From assembly GCF_963975635.1 (NCBI RefSeq), contig NZ_CAXBIE010000014.1: DNA of 64,000 bases. The stretch is one strand, 5' to 3'. The notes beneath the pieces are model-generated. The model saw only the letters and a list, made by a program, of their open reading frames with translations, made no database searches and had not been told where the DNA came from. Below, in pieces: positions 39,058-50,746 of the stretch. The DNA comes from an uncultured Hoeflea sp. (lineage in GTDB: Bacteria > Pseudomonadota > Alphaproteobacteria > Rhizobiales > Rhizobiaceae). The position numbers and the translations under genes were made by a program. The stretch's first letter is position 1, and every line of letters starts with the position of its first letter.

Positions 39058-42000
39058 TCAGCTGCACCCACTCGTGCTTCCGCAGGTGTCGCACTTTTCG
39101 CATGTCCCATTCCGTACCATCGTAAAATTCTGGCATTCGGTGCACATGTTGCCGGTGTAGCCCTGCATGATCGACTTGACGCGGCGGTCGGCCTCGAGCC
39201 GCTTGGCGCTCGCGGCGGTGTCGGCGGCCTCGTCGGAAAACAGGGTTTCCTCGATCGCGATCTCGGCGGCCAGCTCCTCGGCGCGTTCCTCGTAGTCGCG
39301 CTTGAAGGCAACGGCCGTGTCTTCGGAGGCGATGGCTTCGGGGGCGGACTTGACCGCCAGATTGCCGGTCGACTTGCTGGTTGAGGTCTTGGACGAGAAC
39401 GAAGCGGTGATCACCGAAGAAGAGCCGGTGCCAGAGCCGGTGGTTGGGGTGGTCTTGGCAGGTGCCGGAGCGTCGGCCTGGCCTTTCGGTTCAGCCGTGC
39501 CGCTGGTGCCGGTGACTACCTTGAGCGATGCGCCGCGGGTCAGGCCCTTGGAGAAAGGCTGCGCCTTGCCCTCGGAAATGCCCTTGCCGAGCGCGGTGTT
39601 GCCGAAGTCGGAGGTGTCGACATGGGCCAGGTCATTGCGCGCCAGATAGGAGACGGCCAGCTCGCGGAAGATGTAATCCAGGATCGAGGTGGCGTTCTTG
39701 ATGGCGTCGTTGCCCTGCACCATGCCGGCAGGCTCGAACTTGGTGAAGGTGAACGCCTCGACATATTCCTCCAGCGGCACGCCATATTGCAGGCCGAGCG
39801 AGATGGCGATGGCGAAGTTGTTCATCATGGCCCGGAAGGCAGCGCCTTCCTTGTGCATGTCGATGAAGATCTCGCCGATGCGGCCGTCGTCGAATTCGCC
39901 GGTGCGCAAATACACCTTGTGACCGCCGATGACGGCTTTCTGGGTGTAGCCCTTGCGGCGGTTGGGCAGCTTTTCGCGGTCGCGGTAAAGCCGTTCGACC
40001 ACCCGCTCGACGATCTTCTCGGTGACGGTGACGGCCTGGGCGGCGGCGGGCTGAGCCACCAGCGCCTCGATGGCGTCATCCTCGTCCTCGTCATCCTCGA
40101 TCAGCGAGGCGTTGAGCGGCTGGCTGAGCTTGGAGCCGTCGCGGTAGAGCGCGTTGGCCTTCAATGCCAGCTTCCAGGACAGCATGTAGGCGTTCTTGCA
40201 ATCATCAACGGTGGCGTCGTTGGCCATGTTGATGGTTTTCGAGATCGCGCCGGAGATGAACGGCTGGGCCGCGGCCATCATGCGGATGTGGCTTTCGACC
40301 GACAGATAGCGCTTGCCGACCTTGCCGCACGGATTGGCGCAATCGAACACCGGATAGTGCTCGACCTTGAGATGCGGTGCGCCTTCCAGCGTCATGGCGC
40401 CGCAAACATGGATGTTGGCGGCTTCAATGTCCTTCTTGGAGAAGCCGATGGCCGAGAGCAGGTCGAACGAGAAATCATTCATCTGCTCGTCGGTGAAGCC
40501 GAGCACGTCCTTGCAGAAGGCTTCGCCAAGGGTCCACTTGTTGAAGACGAACTTGATGTCGAAGGCGGCCTTGGTGGCGCCGTTGATGGCGTCAATCTGG
40601 GTGTCGGTGAAGCCCTTGGCCTTGAGCGAGCCGGGGTTGACGGCCGGGGCCTGGTTGATGTTGCCGTGACCGACCGCATAGGCTTCGATCTCGGCCAGCT
40701 GGGCCTCGGAATAGCCCAGCGTGCGCAGCGCCTCGGGCACCGCGTTGTTGATGATCTTGAAGTAGCCGCCGCCGGCGAGCTTCTTGAACTTGACCAGCGC
40801 GAAATCAGGCTCGATGCCGGTGGTGTCGCAGTCCATCACCAGACCGATGGTGCCGGTGGGCGCAATCACGGTGGCCTGGGCGTTGCGGAAGCCGTGCTTC
40901 TCGCCGAGCTTCAGCGCCTTGTCCCAGGCAGCGGTTGCATGGGTGATCAGGTCGGGATCCGGGCAGTCCTCATGGATCAGCGCCACCGGGTTGACCGACA
41001 GCTCTTCGTAGCCGGTCATCTCGCCATGGGCTGCGCGGCGGTGGTTGCGGATCACCCGCAGCATGTTCTTCTTGTTGTCCTTGTAACCGGCGAATGTGCC
41101 GATCTCGCCGGCCATCTCGGCCGAAGTGGCATAGGCCACGCCGGTCATGATCGCGGTCAGCGCGCCGCAGATGGCGCGGCCTTCCTTGGAATCATAGGGA
41201 ATGCCGGTGGTCATCAGCAGGCCGCCGATATTGGCAAAGCCCAGGCCGAGCGTGCGGTACTTGTAGCTCAGTTCGGCAATCTGGTGCGAGGGGAACTGCG
41301 CCATCATCACCGAGACTTCCAGCACGATGGTCCAGAGCCGGACGGCATGCTCGTAATCGGCGATATTGATGCGCTTGGTGTCCTTGTCCTTGAAGCGCAG
41401 CAGGTTGAGCGAAGCAAGGTTGCAGGCCGTGTCGTCAAGGAACATGTATTCCGAGCACGGGTTGGACGCGCGGATCGGACCGGCGGCAGGGCAGGTGTGC
41501 CAGTCGTTCATCGTGGTGTTGTAGTGCAGGCCCGGATCGGCCGACGCCCAGGCCGCGTGGCCGATGGTTTCCCAAAGGTCGCGGGCTTTCAGCGTCTTCA
41601 TCACCTTGCCGTCCTTGCGGGCGGTCAGGTTCCAGTCGCCGTCCGCTTCAACGGCCTGCAGGAAGTCGTCCTTGATCGAGACCGAGTTGTTGGAGTTCTG
41701 GCCCGAAACCGTCAGATAGGCTTCCGAATCCCAATCGGTGTCGTAGGTCTTGAATTCGATGTCGGTGTAGCCCTGGCGGGCAAACTGAATGACGCGCTTG
41801 ACGTAGTTTTCAGGCACCTGGTCCTTCTTGGCGGCCTTGATCTCGCGCTTGAGGGCAGGGTTCTGCTTGGGGTCGAAGCAGGCGTCGTTGTCAGCCTCGC
41901 AGTTGATGCAGGACTTCATGATCGCGGAGAGGTGCATGGACACGATCTTCGAGCCGGTGACCAGGGCCGCGACCTTCTGCTCTTCCTTGACCTTCCAGTT

Positions 42001-42882
42001 GATGTATTCCTCGATATCGGGGTGATCGATGTCGACAACGACCATCTTGGCGGCACGGCGGGTGGTACCGCCCGACTTGATGGCGCCGGCAGCGCGGTCA
42101 CCGATCTTGAGGAAGCTCATCAGGCCCGACGATTTGCCGCCGCCCGAAAGCTTTTCACCTGCGCCGCGCAGATGCGAGAAGTTGGAGCCGGTGCCGGAGC
42201 CATATTTGAACAGGCGGGCTTCGCGGACCCACAGGTCCATGATGCCGTTCTCATTGACGAGATCGTCTTCAACCGACTGGATGAAGCAGGCATGCGGCTG
42301 CGGATGCTCGTAGGAGGATTTCGATTTGGTCAGCTTGCCGGTGAACGGGTCGACATAGAAGTGGCCCTGGCCGGGACCGTCGATGCCGTAGGCCCAGTGC
42401 AGACCGGTGTTGAACCACTGCGGGGAATTGGGGGCAACGCGCTGGGTGGCGAGCATGTAGGCCTGCTCGTCCATAAAGGCGCGGGCGTCTTCTTCGGTGG
42501 TGAAATAGCCACCCTTCCAGCCCCAGTAGGTCCAGGTGCCGGCGAGCCGGTCGAAGACCTGGCGGGCGTCGGTTTCCGAGCCATAGCGCTCGTCTTCGGG
42601 AAGCTCTGCAAGGGCTGCCTCGTCAGCAACCGAGCGCCACAGCCATGACGGCACGGAATTTTCTTCGACCTTTTTCAGATGCGCGGGAACGCCGGCCTTG
42701 CGGAAATATTTCTGCGCCAGAATGTCGGCTGCGACCTGGCTGAACTGCACCGGCACATCGATGTCCGCGAGGCGGAAGACGACCGAACCGTCGGGGTTCT
42801 TGATCTCGCTGGTGGCTTTGCGGAATTCGATTTCTGCATAGGCTGACTGGCCGTCTTTGGTGAACCGACGTTCGATGCGCAT
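39058..42882 (-). CDS. nrdJ: vitamin B12-dependent (class II) ribonucleotide reductase
   Basis: [47 protein letters not shown]-terminal CTEC...CDTC; no intein signature seen. Confidence 0.97.
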   Translation of the reverse strand: MRIERRFTKDGQSAYAEIEFRKATSEIKNPDGSVVFRLADIDVPVQFSQVAADILAQKYFRKAGVPAHLKKVEENSVPSWLWRSVADEAALAELPEDERYGSETDARQVFDRLAGTWTYWGWKGGYFTTEEDARAFMDEQAYMLATQRVAPNSPQWFNTGLHWAYGIDGPGQGHFYVDPFTGKLTKSKSSYEHPQPHACFIQSVEDDLVNENGIMDLWVREARLFKYGSGTGSNFSHLRGAGEKLSGGGKSSGLMSFLKIGDRAAGAIKSGGTTRRAAKMVVVDIDHPDIEEYINWKVKEEQKVAALVTGSKIVSMHLSAIMKSCINCEADNDACFDPKQNPALKREIKAAKKDQVPENYVKRVIQFARQGYTDIEFKTYDTDWDSEAYLTVSGQNSNNSVSIKDDFLQAVEADGDWNLTARKDGKVMKTLKARDLWETIGHAAWASADPGLHYNTTMNDWHTCPAAGPIRASNPCSEYMFLDDTACNLASLNLLRFKDKDTKRINIADYEHAVRLWTIVLEVSVMMAQFPSHQIAELSYKYRTLGLGFANIGGLLMTTGIPYDSKEGRAICGALTAIMTGVAYATSAEMAGEIGTFAGYKDNKKNMLRVIRNHRRAAHGEMTGYEELSVNPVALIHEDCPDPDLITHATAAWDKALKLGEKHGFRNAQATVIAPTGTIGLVMDCDTTGIEPDFALVKFKKLAGGGYFKIINNAVPEALRTLGYSEAQLAEIEAYAVGHGNINQAPAVNPGSLKAKGFTDTQIDAINGATKAAFDIKFVFNKWTLGEAFCKDVLGFTDEQMNDFSFDLLSAIGFSKKDIEAANIHVCGAMTLEGAPHLKVEHYPVFDCANPCGKVGKRYLSVESHIRMMAAAQPFISGAISKTINMANDATVDDCKNAYMLSWKLALKANALYRDGSKLSQPLNASLIEDDEDEDDAIEALVAQPAAAQAVTVTEKIVERVVERLYRDREKLPNRRKGYTQKAVIGGHKVYLRTGEFDDGRIGEIFIDMHKEGAAFRAMMNNFAIAISLGLQYGVPLEEYVEAFTFTKFEPAGMVQGNDAIKNATSILDYIFRELAVSYLARNDLAHVDTSDFGNTALGKGISEGKAQPFSKGLTRGASLKVVTGTSGTAEPKGQADAPAPAKTTPTTGSGTGSSSVITASFSSKTSTSKSTGNLAVKSAPEAIASEDTAVAFKRDYEERAEELAAEIAIEETLFSDEAADTAASAKRLEADRRVKSIMQGYTGNMCTECQNFTMVRNGTCEKCDTCGSTSGCS

Positions 42883-43013
42883 TTTAGTCCTCTTTATAAA
42901 TCAAAAGCCGATCGCATTCCTTGCGTCACGGCAAATTCTTCCCCGCAGGCTGCTCAATCATTGCGCATCCCGTTCTGATACTCGGTCACTCGGTGTGATT
43001 CCCGTTTCAGGAA

Positions 43014-43060
43014 ATCCTCTATCTTGTGGCAAGATTGGCTGCAAACACTAAATATAGTAT
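43014..43060 (-). promoter_or_regulatory. tandem NrdR boxes upstream of nrdJ
   Basis: ATCCTCTATCTTGTGG (43014-43029) and ACACTAAATATAGTAT (43045-43060), starts 31 bp apart. Confidence 0.75.
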
Positions 43061-43288
43061 TAACAAGAGATTTACGCCAGTCCCCGTTGGCAGGTCGCCG
43101 ACATTTTTTTGCATCAAAGCATGCCCCTCGAACCGCCGTGAATGTCACGGGGAAAGATGCTGTGAACCGAAAAATGTCGGGATTTGACTGGCCTCTTAAC
43201 ATCCCAGCCGCGCCGCCGCCGCAACGTGTTTCCTATAAGCATCGACTCGGGCGTATGCGTCAAGAGGTTGTCGGTGGCAGATTATTGC

Positions 43289-43321
43289 ACACCATATCTA
43301 GTGGAGGAGCACTGTGGAAAA
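43289..43321 (-). promoter_or_regulatory. distal NrdR box plus DnaA box upstream of nrdJ
   Basis: ACACCATATCTAGTGG (43289-43304) and TGTGGAAAA (43313-43321, reverse complement TTTTCCACA). Confidence 0.6.
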
Positions 43322-43599
43322 CGAGGACAAATCGCGAATTCGACATCCGCGCCATTGCCCGCAGATAAGCCAAGAACTTGCTGCCGGGCAAATGTCGGCT
43401 GTTGTGGGTCGACTCAATCCGGCCGGCCGTCATGTCTAATCAATGCTTTAAGTTTGGTACCGAAGCCATGCCTATACAGGGTGGGCAGTCAAGTATCGCG
43501 GCTGTCAGTCTCTCGGCCACGGGGAGGGGTCCGCATCGTTGTTCGGGGAGACCTGATGCCGGGCCGCGCCGAAACGGGCGTTGCTTCGCGGCGACGATG

Positions 43600-44100
43600 T
43601 CAGGCGGCCTTGAGCACCTGGAAGGCATCGCGAATGACCGTCTTCAACCCGTCTTCGGCCACAAGGCCGATTGCGGTGGCGACCGGAAACCATTTGCGCC
43701 GCCGCTCGTCCCGCTCCGGCCACAGATCACGCTGTTCGAGCAGCTTGAGGAGATACACATCGACTTCGCATTCGGCATCGTTGCGCCGTGTTCTTTGCTT
43801 GATGTAGTAATACCGGCCAATGGGGCCACCGGGCAGCGCTTCGCCGATCAAGCCTGCTTCTTCCCATGTTTCCCGCACGGCCGCTTCGGCTCCGTCTTCA
43901 CCTTCCTCGATCCAGCCCTTGGGGACGATCCAGCGTCCCGTGTCGCGGCTGGTGATCAACAACAATTCGCATTTGTCGCCCGAACCACGGAAAACAGCAG
44001 CCGCCGATTGCCGCTTGGGCTTCTTGCGTAACCGTCCTTGTGTCTCACCGGGGTGCCTGAACAGGTCCAGCAGCGTCTTGAGCCTGTCAAATGCGATCAT
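43600..44100 (-). CDS. NUDIX hydrolase
   Basis: LLITSRDTGRWIVPKG, Nudix box GWIEEGEDGAEAAVRETWEEAG; start uncertain (ORF track 44136). Confidence 0.9.
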   Translation of the reverse strand: MIAFDRLKTLLDLFRHPGETQGRLRKKPKRQSAAAVFRGSGDKCELLLITSRDTGRWIVPKGWIEEGEDGAEAAVRETWEEAGLIGEALPGGPIGRYYYIKQRTRRNDAECEVDVYLLKLLEQRDLWPERDERRRKWFPVATAIGLVAEDGLKTVIRDAFQVLKAA

Positions 44101-44372
44101 ATCCAACGATTCTCCCTGTTTTATTTTGTCACGCAATTGTGACGAATTTGATACACCGAATTTTCAAAGCACAATCGCTCAAGGTTGCAGATCCGAGAGT
44201 GCCGGTGCCGGTCGGGCGAGGGCCAACAAGAAACCTTGACCCGGTGTTGTCCGATCTGTCCGGCCGGCAAACAAAACGGGGACACAACAAATGCTGTGTC
44301 CCCACATAGTGCGTTAACCGGTCAGTCCAAGGCTTTTTCAAACCAGAGCGGTTTGAATGCCGCCATTCGGGA

Positions 44373-46076
44373 TCAGAATTCGTCCCATTCCTGCGCGACT
44401 GCGGCAGAGGCTCCACCGCCGCCACCGGCTTTCCGTACCGCTCTTTGTGCCGGTGCCACGGGTTTGGTGGCGGCAACGGCTGGTCTGGCCCTGGTGACCG
44501 AATGCGAGGCGTTTCGTTCATTGACGTTGAAGACGGCAAGTTTTGCCACCAGTCCATCTGCGTCGGCGGCGAGCCCAAGGATCGACTTTGTCGTATCCGC
44601 CACAAGTGCGGTGTTTTGCTGGGTTGTCTGATCCATGCTGACCACCGCCGCGTTGATTTCGGAAATGTCGGAGGCCTGTTCGCGCGATGTTTCGACAATC
44701 CTGGAGATGTACTCGTTGATGTTCTTGACCTGATCGCCAATCGCGCGGAGGGCTTCACCGGTCTGGTTGACCAGCGTCACACCACTGCTCACCTGGGACG
44801 ATGACGTCTCAATCAGAGCATTGATTTCCTTGGCAGCACTTGCAGAGCGTTGTGCCAGCTCACGGACTTCCTGGGCGACAACGGCGAATCCCTTGCCGGC
44901 CTCTCCGGCGCGGGCCGCTTCGACGCCGGCATTGAGCGCCAGCAGATTGGTCTGGAACGCGATTTCATCAATGACAGTGATGATCTGCCCGATTTGACGC
45001 GAAGAGTCCTCTATCTCCGTCATGGCGTTGACGGCCTTGGAGACAATGACTTCCGAGACGGATGCATTTTTTGTGGTCTCGTCGACCAGACGCCCGGCTT
45101 CGCTTGCGCGCTTGGAGGCTGTCTGGACGTTTTCGGTGATTCGTCCAATTGCGGCGGCGGTTTCTTCAAGCGAGACGGCCTGTTGTTCTGTCTGCTTGGA
45201 AATCCGCTCGGCGTCGGTGCAGACACTGTTGGAACTATCGCTCATCCCCCGCGCCGAGCCGCCGAGTTCTGCAACGAGCTGCTCAAGAGCTTCCATGGAT
45301 CCGTTGAAGTCGCCCCTGAGTACTTCCAGGGTGTCATCAAACCGGTCGTTGAGGCGGACGCGGAGATCGCCATCCGCCAGCTGGCGGAGGCCACCGCCAA
45401 GTGATGCCATGGCGAACTGCAGGCGTTCTGTGTCGGCTGCGCGTTCGGCTTCGCGCCGTTTCGCGTTGTCCAAATTCTCGCGTTGTGCCGCTTCGGCCTT
45501 GTGCGACATTTCGGTGGCCTGTTCATTGGCTATCTGGGTATTGCGCATTGCCTCATCGTTTTGGGCAAAGGCGCTGGCCAGCGAATGCACCAAGGCCAGC
45601 AAGGCGCCGGACTCCAGAATGAGGATGCCCGCATGCAAGACGACACGGCTGAAATCCGTATCGCCTGGAAATACCGCTGCTGGGATGACGAAGAAAAGCG
45701 CAAGATGGTGCACGGCGGTAAGGCCGGAGAACGCCAGAATTGGCCGCCAGTCGACCCAGGATGCGCAGATCGCAAGGCTGGCGAAGAAATACATGTGCAT
45801 GTCGATCTGAAGCGGCGATCCGGAAAAGGCGTAGACCAGCAAGGCCACGCTGGCCGCGTGTGCCAGGGCTGTCGAAATCTGCGTGGCCGTTCCGGTTCGG
45901 TCGCGCCACCAGGTCAGAGTTGCCACACCGGCGATTGCCGCGCCGCCACCCAGTACGATGACCGGGTCGGCCTCCATCCCCCACAGATATCGAAGCGCCA
46001 TCATGCCGAGGTTGATCCACAGCAGCGAGACGATCGCAATGGCTGCGCGGGTGCGGAGAGAGGTCATGTAATTCAT
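44373..46076 (-). CDS. methyl-accepting chemotaxis protein with multi-TM, His-rich sensor
   Basis: About 6 TMs, HAMP-like region, IAFQTNLLALNAGVEAARAGEAGKGFAVVAQEVR, C-terminal QEWDEF pentapeptide tail. Confidence 0.93.
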   Translation of the reverse strand: MNYMTSLRTRAAIAIVSLLWINLGMMALRYLWGMEADPVIVLGGGAAIAGVATLTWWRDRTGTATQISTALAHAASVALLVYAFSGSPLQIDMHMYFFASLAICASWVDWRPILAFSGLTAVHHLALFFVIPAAVFPGDTDFSRVVLHAGILILESGALLALVHSLASAFAQNDEAMRNTQIANEQATEMSHKAEAAQRENLDNAKRREAERAADTERLQFAMASLGGGLRQLADGDLRVRLNDRFDDTLEVLRGDFNGSMEALEQLVAELGGSARGMSDSSNSVCTDAERISKQTEQQAVSLEETAAAIGRITENVQTASKRASEAGRLVDETTKNASVSEVIVSKAVNAMTEIEDSSRQIGQIITVIDEIAFQTNLLALNAGVEAARAGEAGKGFAVVAQEVRELAQRSASAAKEINALIETSSSQVSSGVTLVNQTGEALRAIGDQVKNINEYISRIVETSREQASDISEINAAVVSMDQTTQQNTALVADTTKSILGLAADADGLVAKLAVFNVNERNASHSVTRARPAVAATKPVAPAQRAVRKAGGGGGASAAVAQEWDEF

Positions 46077-46408
46077 AGCGAAGATGTGCTCCTGCAAAAA
46101 AATGCGAGACTGCCGTCGAGAACCAGCATGGCGCCGGATTTGAACAAGCGAAGAGTAAAACCGGGTTCGTCGGAATAGGCGATTGCGGCGTTGGGTGACC
46201 CGGTTCCGTTCATCACCGATCCACCGGCGTCCGAGATGACCCTGATGACCCGTCCCGGATCACTCCAGGGTGAAACAATCACCAGCGCCTGGCCGTTGCG
46301 TGGAACAATGGCGGCTGCTGACAGCACAACAACGATCACGGCAAGGTTGATGCCGACGATACGGACCTGTCTGAGCAGGTTGTCGCGGGGTGATGTTGTT
46401 TGCTGCAT
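46073..46408 (-). CDS. membrane-anchored hypothetical protein coupled to the MCP
   Basis: N-terminal hydrophobic segment; its TGA overlaps the MCP ATG (ATGA at 46073-46076). Confidence 0.8.
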   Translation of the reverse strand: MQQTTSPRDNLLRQVRIVGINLAVIVVVLSAAAIVPRNGQALVIVSPWSDPGRVIRVISDAGGSVMNGTGSPNAAIAYSDEPGFTLRLFKSGAMLVLDGSLAFFCRSTSSL

Positions 46409-46800
46409 GAATGGGAATGATATGCCAGTAGGCCGCGTTGCATGCCCGTGTGGGGCTTTGACAAGCTGATATCATTCCAGCCGGAACTTCATTTCTTATC
46501 TGTAATACTAAGGCTAATGTATATAAAGACAGTTAATGTAGCCGCCACTGCGCCTGACGTGTTGCGTGTTGGAGATCGATTGCGCGCAGCGCCGGGCACA
46601 AATCAACCCTTCAGCAGCCAAAACCATTGGTCCATGGGCGTGATGGGGAAGGGCTTGCCGAAAATCCGGCGTGCGATAGACCCGGTACAGCGCCTCGCGC
46701 TTGATTGTATGCGCAAGGGTCGCTGCAGCTCATTCAATGTAAAAAACGCTCGGGTGAAGACCCTCAAGCAAAAAGCAATTGTGGCTCTGGTCGCAGCTTT

Positions 46801-47298
46801 CTAGCCGCGGGTATCCTTGGCGATCGGTTCGACATAGGCAAAGCCCATATCCCAGGGGAAATAGATCCAGGTATCCTGGCTCACTTCGGTGACGAAGGTA
46901 TCGACCAGCGGACGGCCCTTCGGCTTTGCATACACCGTGGCGAAATGCGCTTTCGGAAGCATTGCCCGAACAATGGCCGCTGTCTTGCCGGTATCGGTCA
47001 GGTCGTCGACAATCAGGACACCTTCGCCTTCGGTCTCCAGGATTTCCGAATTGATTTCCTTCAGGACCTGCATCTCTCCCTGGTTGACATAGTCATGGTA
47101 GGAAGCGACCGAAACCGTGTCGATGCGGCGGATATCGAGCTCACGGGAAATAATGGCCGCCGGGACAAGTCCGCCACGGGTGATACAGACGATGGAATTC
47201 CAGACCTGTCCGCTGCCGCTCAACCGCCATGCAAGCGCGCGCGCATCACGGTGAAACTGGTCCCATGAGACCGGAAAGGCTTTGTCTGGAAGAGACAT
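46801..47298 (-). CDS. gpt: xanthine phosphoribosyltransferase
   Basis: [40 protein letters not shown]. Confidence 0.93.
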   Translation of the reverse strand: MSLPDKAFPVSWDQFHRDARALAWRLSGSGQVWNSIVCITRGGLVPAAIISRELDIRRIDTVSVASYHDYVNQGEMQVLKEINSEILETEGEGVLIVDDLTDTGKTAAIVRAMLPKAHFATVYAKPKGRPLVDTFVTEVSQDTWIYFPWDMGFAYVEPIAKDTRG

Positions 47299-47491
47299 GG
47301 CTGGCTTCCTTGAATGTGCAGGCAACCTTGATGGCTGCTGTTTGAAGAGTTAAGCGCCGCAAATAGCCGAAATCCATTGGCGAAAGCAAGCCGGTAAGCG
47401 CCGCGATGCCGCAACACGTGGCTGGAATCGGGTGGCGGCGAACTTGAGCGTGCGCCAAAATCACTAAACCGCACACAAGGAGGTTGAGGTG

Positions 47492-48088
47492 ATGGCCGTA
47501 TTTGTCGGAGCGCTTTTGGTGTTCCTGTTCCCATTGGCCTACAGTCCCGGACCCGGCAACATGTTCTTTGCCGCGATGGGTGCGCGGTCCGGTGTGGCCG
47601 CCACGCTTCCTGCCAACGTGGGCTATCATGTCGCCACACTGGTGGTGACAGGGCTTGTGGGGGCAGGGTTTGTCGCCGTGCTCGACCCCGCCTCGAGCCT
47701 GTTTCTCGTGCTCAAAACATCCGGATCAATCTATGTGCTCTGGCTGGCCTGGAAGATGGCGACTTCCGGCAGGGCCAATGCGGGTGGTGACGACAGGGGA
47801 GCAGGCTTTCTCGACGGCGTGATGCTGCTTGTCCTCAACCCCAAGGCCTATGTCATCATCCTGTTGATGTATTCGCAATTTGCAGGATTCGCATTTGCCA
47901 GCACAGGCGAGCGTGTGGCGGTGATCTCGCTCGTGTTCACGTTGAACAATCTGCTGGCATTCATGCTGTGGACGCTGGCGGGAGACGGGTTGGGGCGGAT
48001 GTTTCGCAACGAGACCAGTGCGCGCCGGTTGAACCTTTTCTTTGCCTCCATGCTTGCCGGCGTGGCCCTTTGGATGCTGCTTGGATAG
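47492..48088 (+). CDS. LysE-family translocator
   Basis: SPGPGN motif, LNPKA, about 6 TMs. Confidence 0.9.
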   Translation: MAVFVGALLVFLFPLAYSPGPGNMFFAAMGARSGVAATLPANVGYHVATLVVTGLVGAGFVAVLDPASSLFLVLKTSGSIYVLWLAWKMATSGRANAGGDDRGAGFLDGVMLLVLNPKAYVIILLMYSQFAGFAFASTGERVAVISLVFTLNNLLAFMLWTLAGDGLGRMFRNETSARRLNLFFASMLAGVALWMLLG

Positions 48089-48129
48089 GCGCACGGCAGG
48101 ATGCTGCCAAGCGCTCCTGTTGGTTGGGT

Positions 48130-48972
48130 TCAGCGTGACATCAAGACAGGCACGGGGGAGTTTTCGACGAAGGCGCGGGTCACACCGCCAAAAAGCCATT
48201 CTCTGAGCCGCTGATGTGTATAGGCACCCATCACAACCAGATCGGCATTGGTTGCGGTGACCTGTGCGGATATGGCCTCGGCGGTCGAGCCGTCGCCCTT
48301 GGAAACGGTTGTCACATTGGCGTGGATATTGTGCCGTGACAGACAGCTGGCGATGTCCGTGCCGGCAAGCGGCGCGTCGATGTCGGGCAGCTTTTCCGCG
48401 TCCACCACGACGATTTCCACCGCTTCTGCAGCCTTCAGCAAGGGCAGTGCATCATGGGTGGCGCGGGCTGCTTCACGAGAGCCGTCCCAGGCAATCAGGA
48501 TGCGTTTGATCGGCGTCGCCAGCTTGCCGTCGGACGGCAGGAACAAGACCGGACGGCCGCCCTCAAACAGCAGTGCTTCGACATTTGTTGCCATGTCCTC
48601 ATTGGCGGCACGGTCGGGTTGGCGCACGATCACGAGGTCCGCGGACCGGGCGCTGGCAAGTGCGGAAATGGCACTGTCTCCGCCGGGAGAGCGTACCGGC
48701 CGCCATTCGTGCGACAGGCCTTCCCGCTCGCACGCCTTGTCAAATGCCTCGCCGACTTCGCGCATGCGCAGATCGGCCTGTTCGTACAAGGCAGCAATGG
48801 TCGCCGCGTCGGGAACATCAATGGGGGCTGACAGCACGACAAATTGCGATGGTTCGCCGTGACAGCCGATCAGATGCATTTCCTTGCCTGCGGCAAAACC
48901 GGCGACAGCGGAGGTTACGGGTGCCACATCGGCTTCAGTTGCATAGACGGCGAGGATCGTATGAAAAGTCAT
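48130..48972 (-). CDS. universal stress protein (two USP domains)
   Basis: ARSADLVIV, GGRPVL, IAWDGSREAARA, ADLVVMGAY, FGGVTR. Confidence 0.92.
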   Translation of the reverse strand: MTFHTILAVYATEADVAPVTSAVAGFAAGKEMHLIGCHGEPSQFVVLSAPIDVPDAATIAALYEQADLRMREVGEAFDKACEREGLSHEWRPVRSPGGDSAISALASARSADLVIVRQPDRAANEDMATNVEALLFEGGRPVLFLPSDGKLATPIKRILIAWDGSREAARATHDALPLLKAAEAVEIVVVDAEKLPDIDAPLAGTDIASCLSRHNIHANVTTVSKGDGSTAEAISAQVTATNADLVVMGAYTHQRLREWLFGGVTRAFVENSPVPVLMSR

Positions 48973-49054
48973 GATGCGGTCTCCCTGGCGTGGCGCAGTT
49001 TGGATGTTGATATCCCACCATGCTGTGCGCCGCGCCCTGGCGCATTGATCCGTA

Positions 49055-49816
49055 TCAATCGGCTGTCGCGCCGAGCTTGGTTCCAACGCTCGTCAGCATC
49101 GTTTCCACATCGACCCTGGCTGCGTCGATCGCGGCCTGGTCGCGGCCGCGGATGACAATCTCGGTGGAGAATTTATCGCCGGAAAAGCGCGGGTAAGAGC
49201 CGATATTGACTGCCGGATGGGCCTTGGCGATGGCGCTCAACGGGTCGCCGATATCCCCTTCGCCATAGGGACAGCTGACTTTTCCGGAGAGGATCTTCAC
49301 GCCGGTCTTCAAGGTCGGCAACACATTGTCGAGCATTGCCTGGAACACCGATGGCACACCGGCCATGACATGGACATTGCCGATCACAAATCCGGGCGCG
49401 CGGCTGACAGGGTTGTCGATGTGACGGCTGCCCACCGGCATGCGCGCCATGCGGCGGCGTGCCTCGGTGAATTCCATGCCGCGTTCGGCGTAATGGGCGC
49501 CGAGCAGCTCGAGTGCGTCGGCGTCATGGGTACAGGCGACGCCAAAGGCCGCAGCGACCGCGTCGGCCGTGATGTCGTCATGGGTCGGGCCGATGCCGCC
49601 GGAGGTGAAGACGTAATCATAGCGGGACCTGAGCGCATTGAGGGCTTCAACGATGCGGTCCTGCTCGTCCGGCACAATGCGGACTTCCTCGAGATCGATC
49701 CCGGCGGCGGTCAGCAGTTCGGCGAGATGGCCTATGTTCTTATCCCGTGTTCGACCGGAGAGCAGTTCGTCGCCGATGGCGAGGGCTGCAGCGGTGACGG
49801 TACGAGCTTCGCTCAT
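49055..49816 (-). CDS. competence/damage-inducible protein A-like molybdopterin-binding-domain protein
   Basis: IGDELLSGRTRDKN, SGGIGPTHDDIT, MAGVP. Confidence 0.88.
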   Translation of the reverse strand: MSEARTVTAAALAIGDELLSGRTRDKNIGHLAELLTAAGIDLEEVRIVPDEQDRIVEALNALRSRYDYVFTSGGIGPTHDDITADAVAAAFGVACTHDADALELLGAHYAERGMEFTEARRRMARMPVGSRHIDNPVSRAPGFVIGNVHVMAGVPSVFQAMLDNVLPTLKTGVKILSGKVSCPYGEGDIGDPLSAIAKAHPAVNIGSYPRFSGDKFSTEIVIRGRDQAAIDAARVDVETMLTSVGTKLGATAD

Positions 49817-50005
49817 TGGTGGACTCCTTTGCCAAGCCGTCCTGCATAGACCCGTTTTTCGCGTCCGTGCAAGGGAGCAAGTCTCAACTCGTGCTGCGAA
49901 TTGTGAACAATCCGTGCTGTGTTTGCCGGGTTTTCATGAACGATAGAATGTCTATCTCTAGTGCATCAACCGCTGCGGGCGGGAACTTTTACACAGGAGT
50001 CGACG

Positions 50006-50605
50006 ATGGCTAAGGTATTGGTGCTTTATTATTCGAGCTGGGGTCACATGGAAGCCATGGCCCAGGCGGCCGCCAAGGGTGCGGCAGCGGGCGGCGCGGA
50101 TGTCACCATCAAGCGGGTGCCTGAACTGGTGCCGGAAGATGTCGCGAAAGCCGCACATTACAAGCTCGACCAGGAGGCCGCTATTGCCGACCCACTCGAG
50201 CTGGCAGACTATGACGCGATCATTTTCGGCGTGTCGACCCGCTACGGCATGATGGCGTCACAGCTCAAGAACTTCCTCGACCAGACCGGCCCGCTGTGGG
50301 CTGAAGGCAAACTCGTCAACAAGGTTGGTTCGGTGATGGTGTCGACAGCCACGCAGCATGGCGGCGCGGAAATGGCGATCATCAGCACGCAGGCGGCCCT
50401 GCAGCACCATGGCATGATCATTGTGCCATTGTCCTATGCGTACCAGGACCAGATGGGCAATGATGTCGTGCGCGGCGGTTCACCCTACGGCATGACCACC
50501 ACCAGCAATGGCGATGGCTCGCGGATGCCGTCCGATCAGGAACTCGAAGGTGCTGAATTCCAGGGCAAGCGGGTTGCCGAAATCGCAGCGAAGATCGCTG
50601 CCTGA
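50006..50605 (+). CDS. wrbA: NAD(P)H:quinone oxidoreductase, type IV
   Basis: [29 protein letters not shown]. Confidence 0.95.
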   Translation: MAKVLVLYYSSWGHMEAMAQAAAKGAAAGGADVTIKRVPELVPEDVAKAAHYKLDQEAAIADPLELADYDAIIFGVSTRYGMMASQLKNFLDQTGPLWAEGKLVNKVGSVMVSTATQHGGAEMAIISTQAALQHHGMIIVPLSYAYQDQMGNDVVRGGSPYGMTTTSNGDGSRMPSDQELEGAEFQGKRVAEIAAKIAA

Positions 50606-50647
50606 ACGAAACTCCTCCGGGACCAGCCCCCCGGTCTCGACACACTG

Positions 50648-50682
50648 CGCCTCGCTGTTCGCACAGCGGGGCGTTTTGTTTT
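50648..50682 (+). terminator. wrbA terminator
   Basis: CGCCTCGCTG-TTCGCA-CAGCGGGGCG followed by TTTTGTTTT. Confidence 0.7.
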
Positions 50683-50746
50683 CTTGTCCAAAAGCCGCCC
50701 GAGCCCTTGCTTGGGTGAAGAGGGTCGGATACCGACTAGGTCACGT

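Noticed and set aside
39622-42648. 1008-aa plus-strand ORF and other long antisense ORFs (e.g. 6999-8648, 14537-16279, 3691-4878, 21304-22677)
   Set aside because: Shadow frames of high-GC3 genes on the opposite strand; no recognisable motifs.
39058-42882. Possible intein or intron in nrdJ, and its S/T/A-rich stretch near 39300-39500
   Set aside because: Length is normal for alphaproteobacterial NrdJ, no splice or homing-endonuclease motifs; the low-complexity stretch is a linker before the C-terminal Cys motif.
42883-43600. Cobalamin riboswitch in the long region upstream of nrdJ
   Set aside because: No B12-box or core motifs found; the region is explained by NrdR and DnaA sites.
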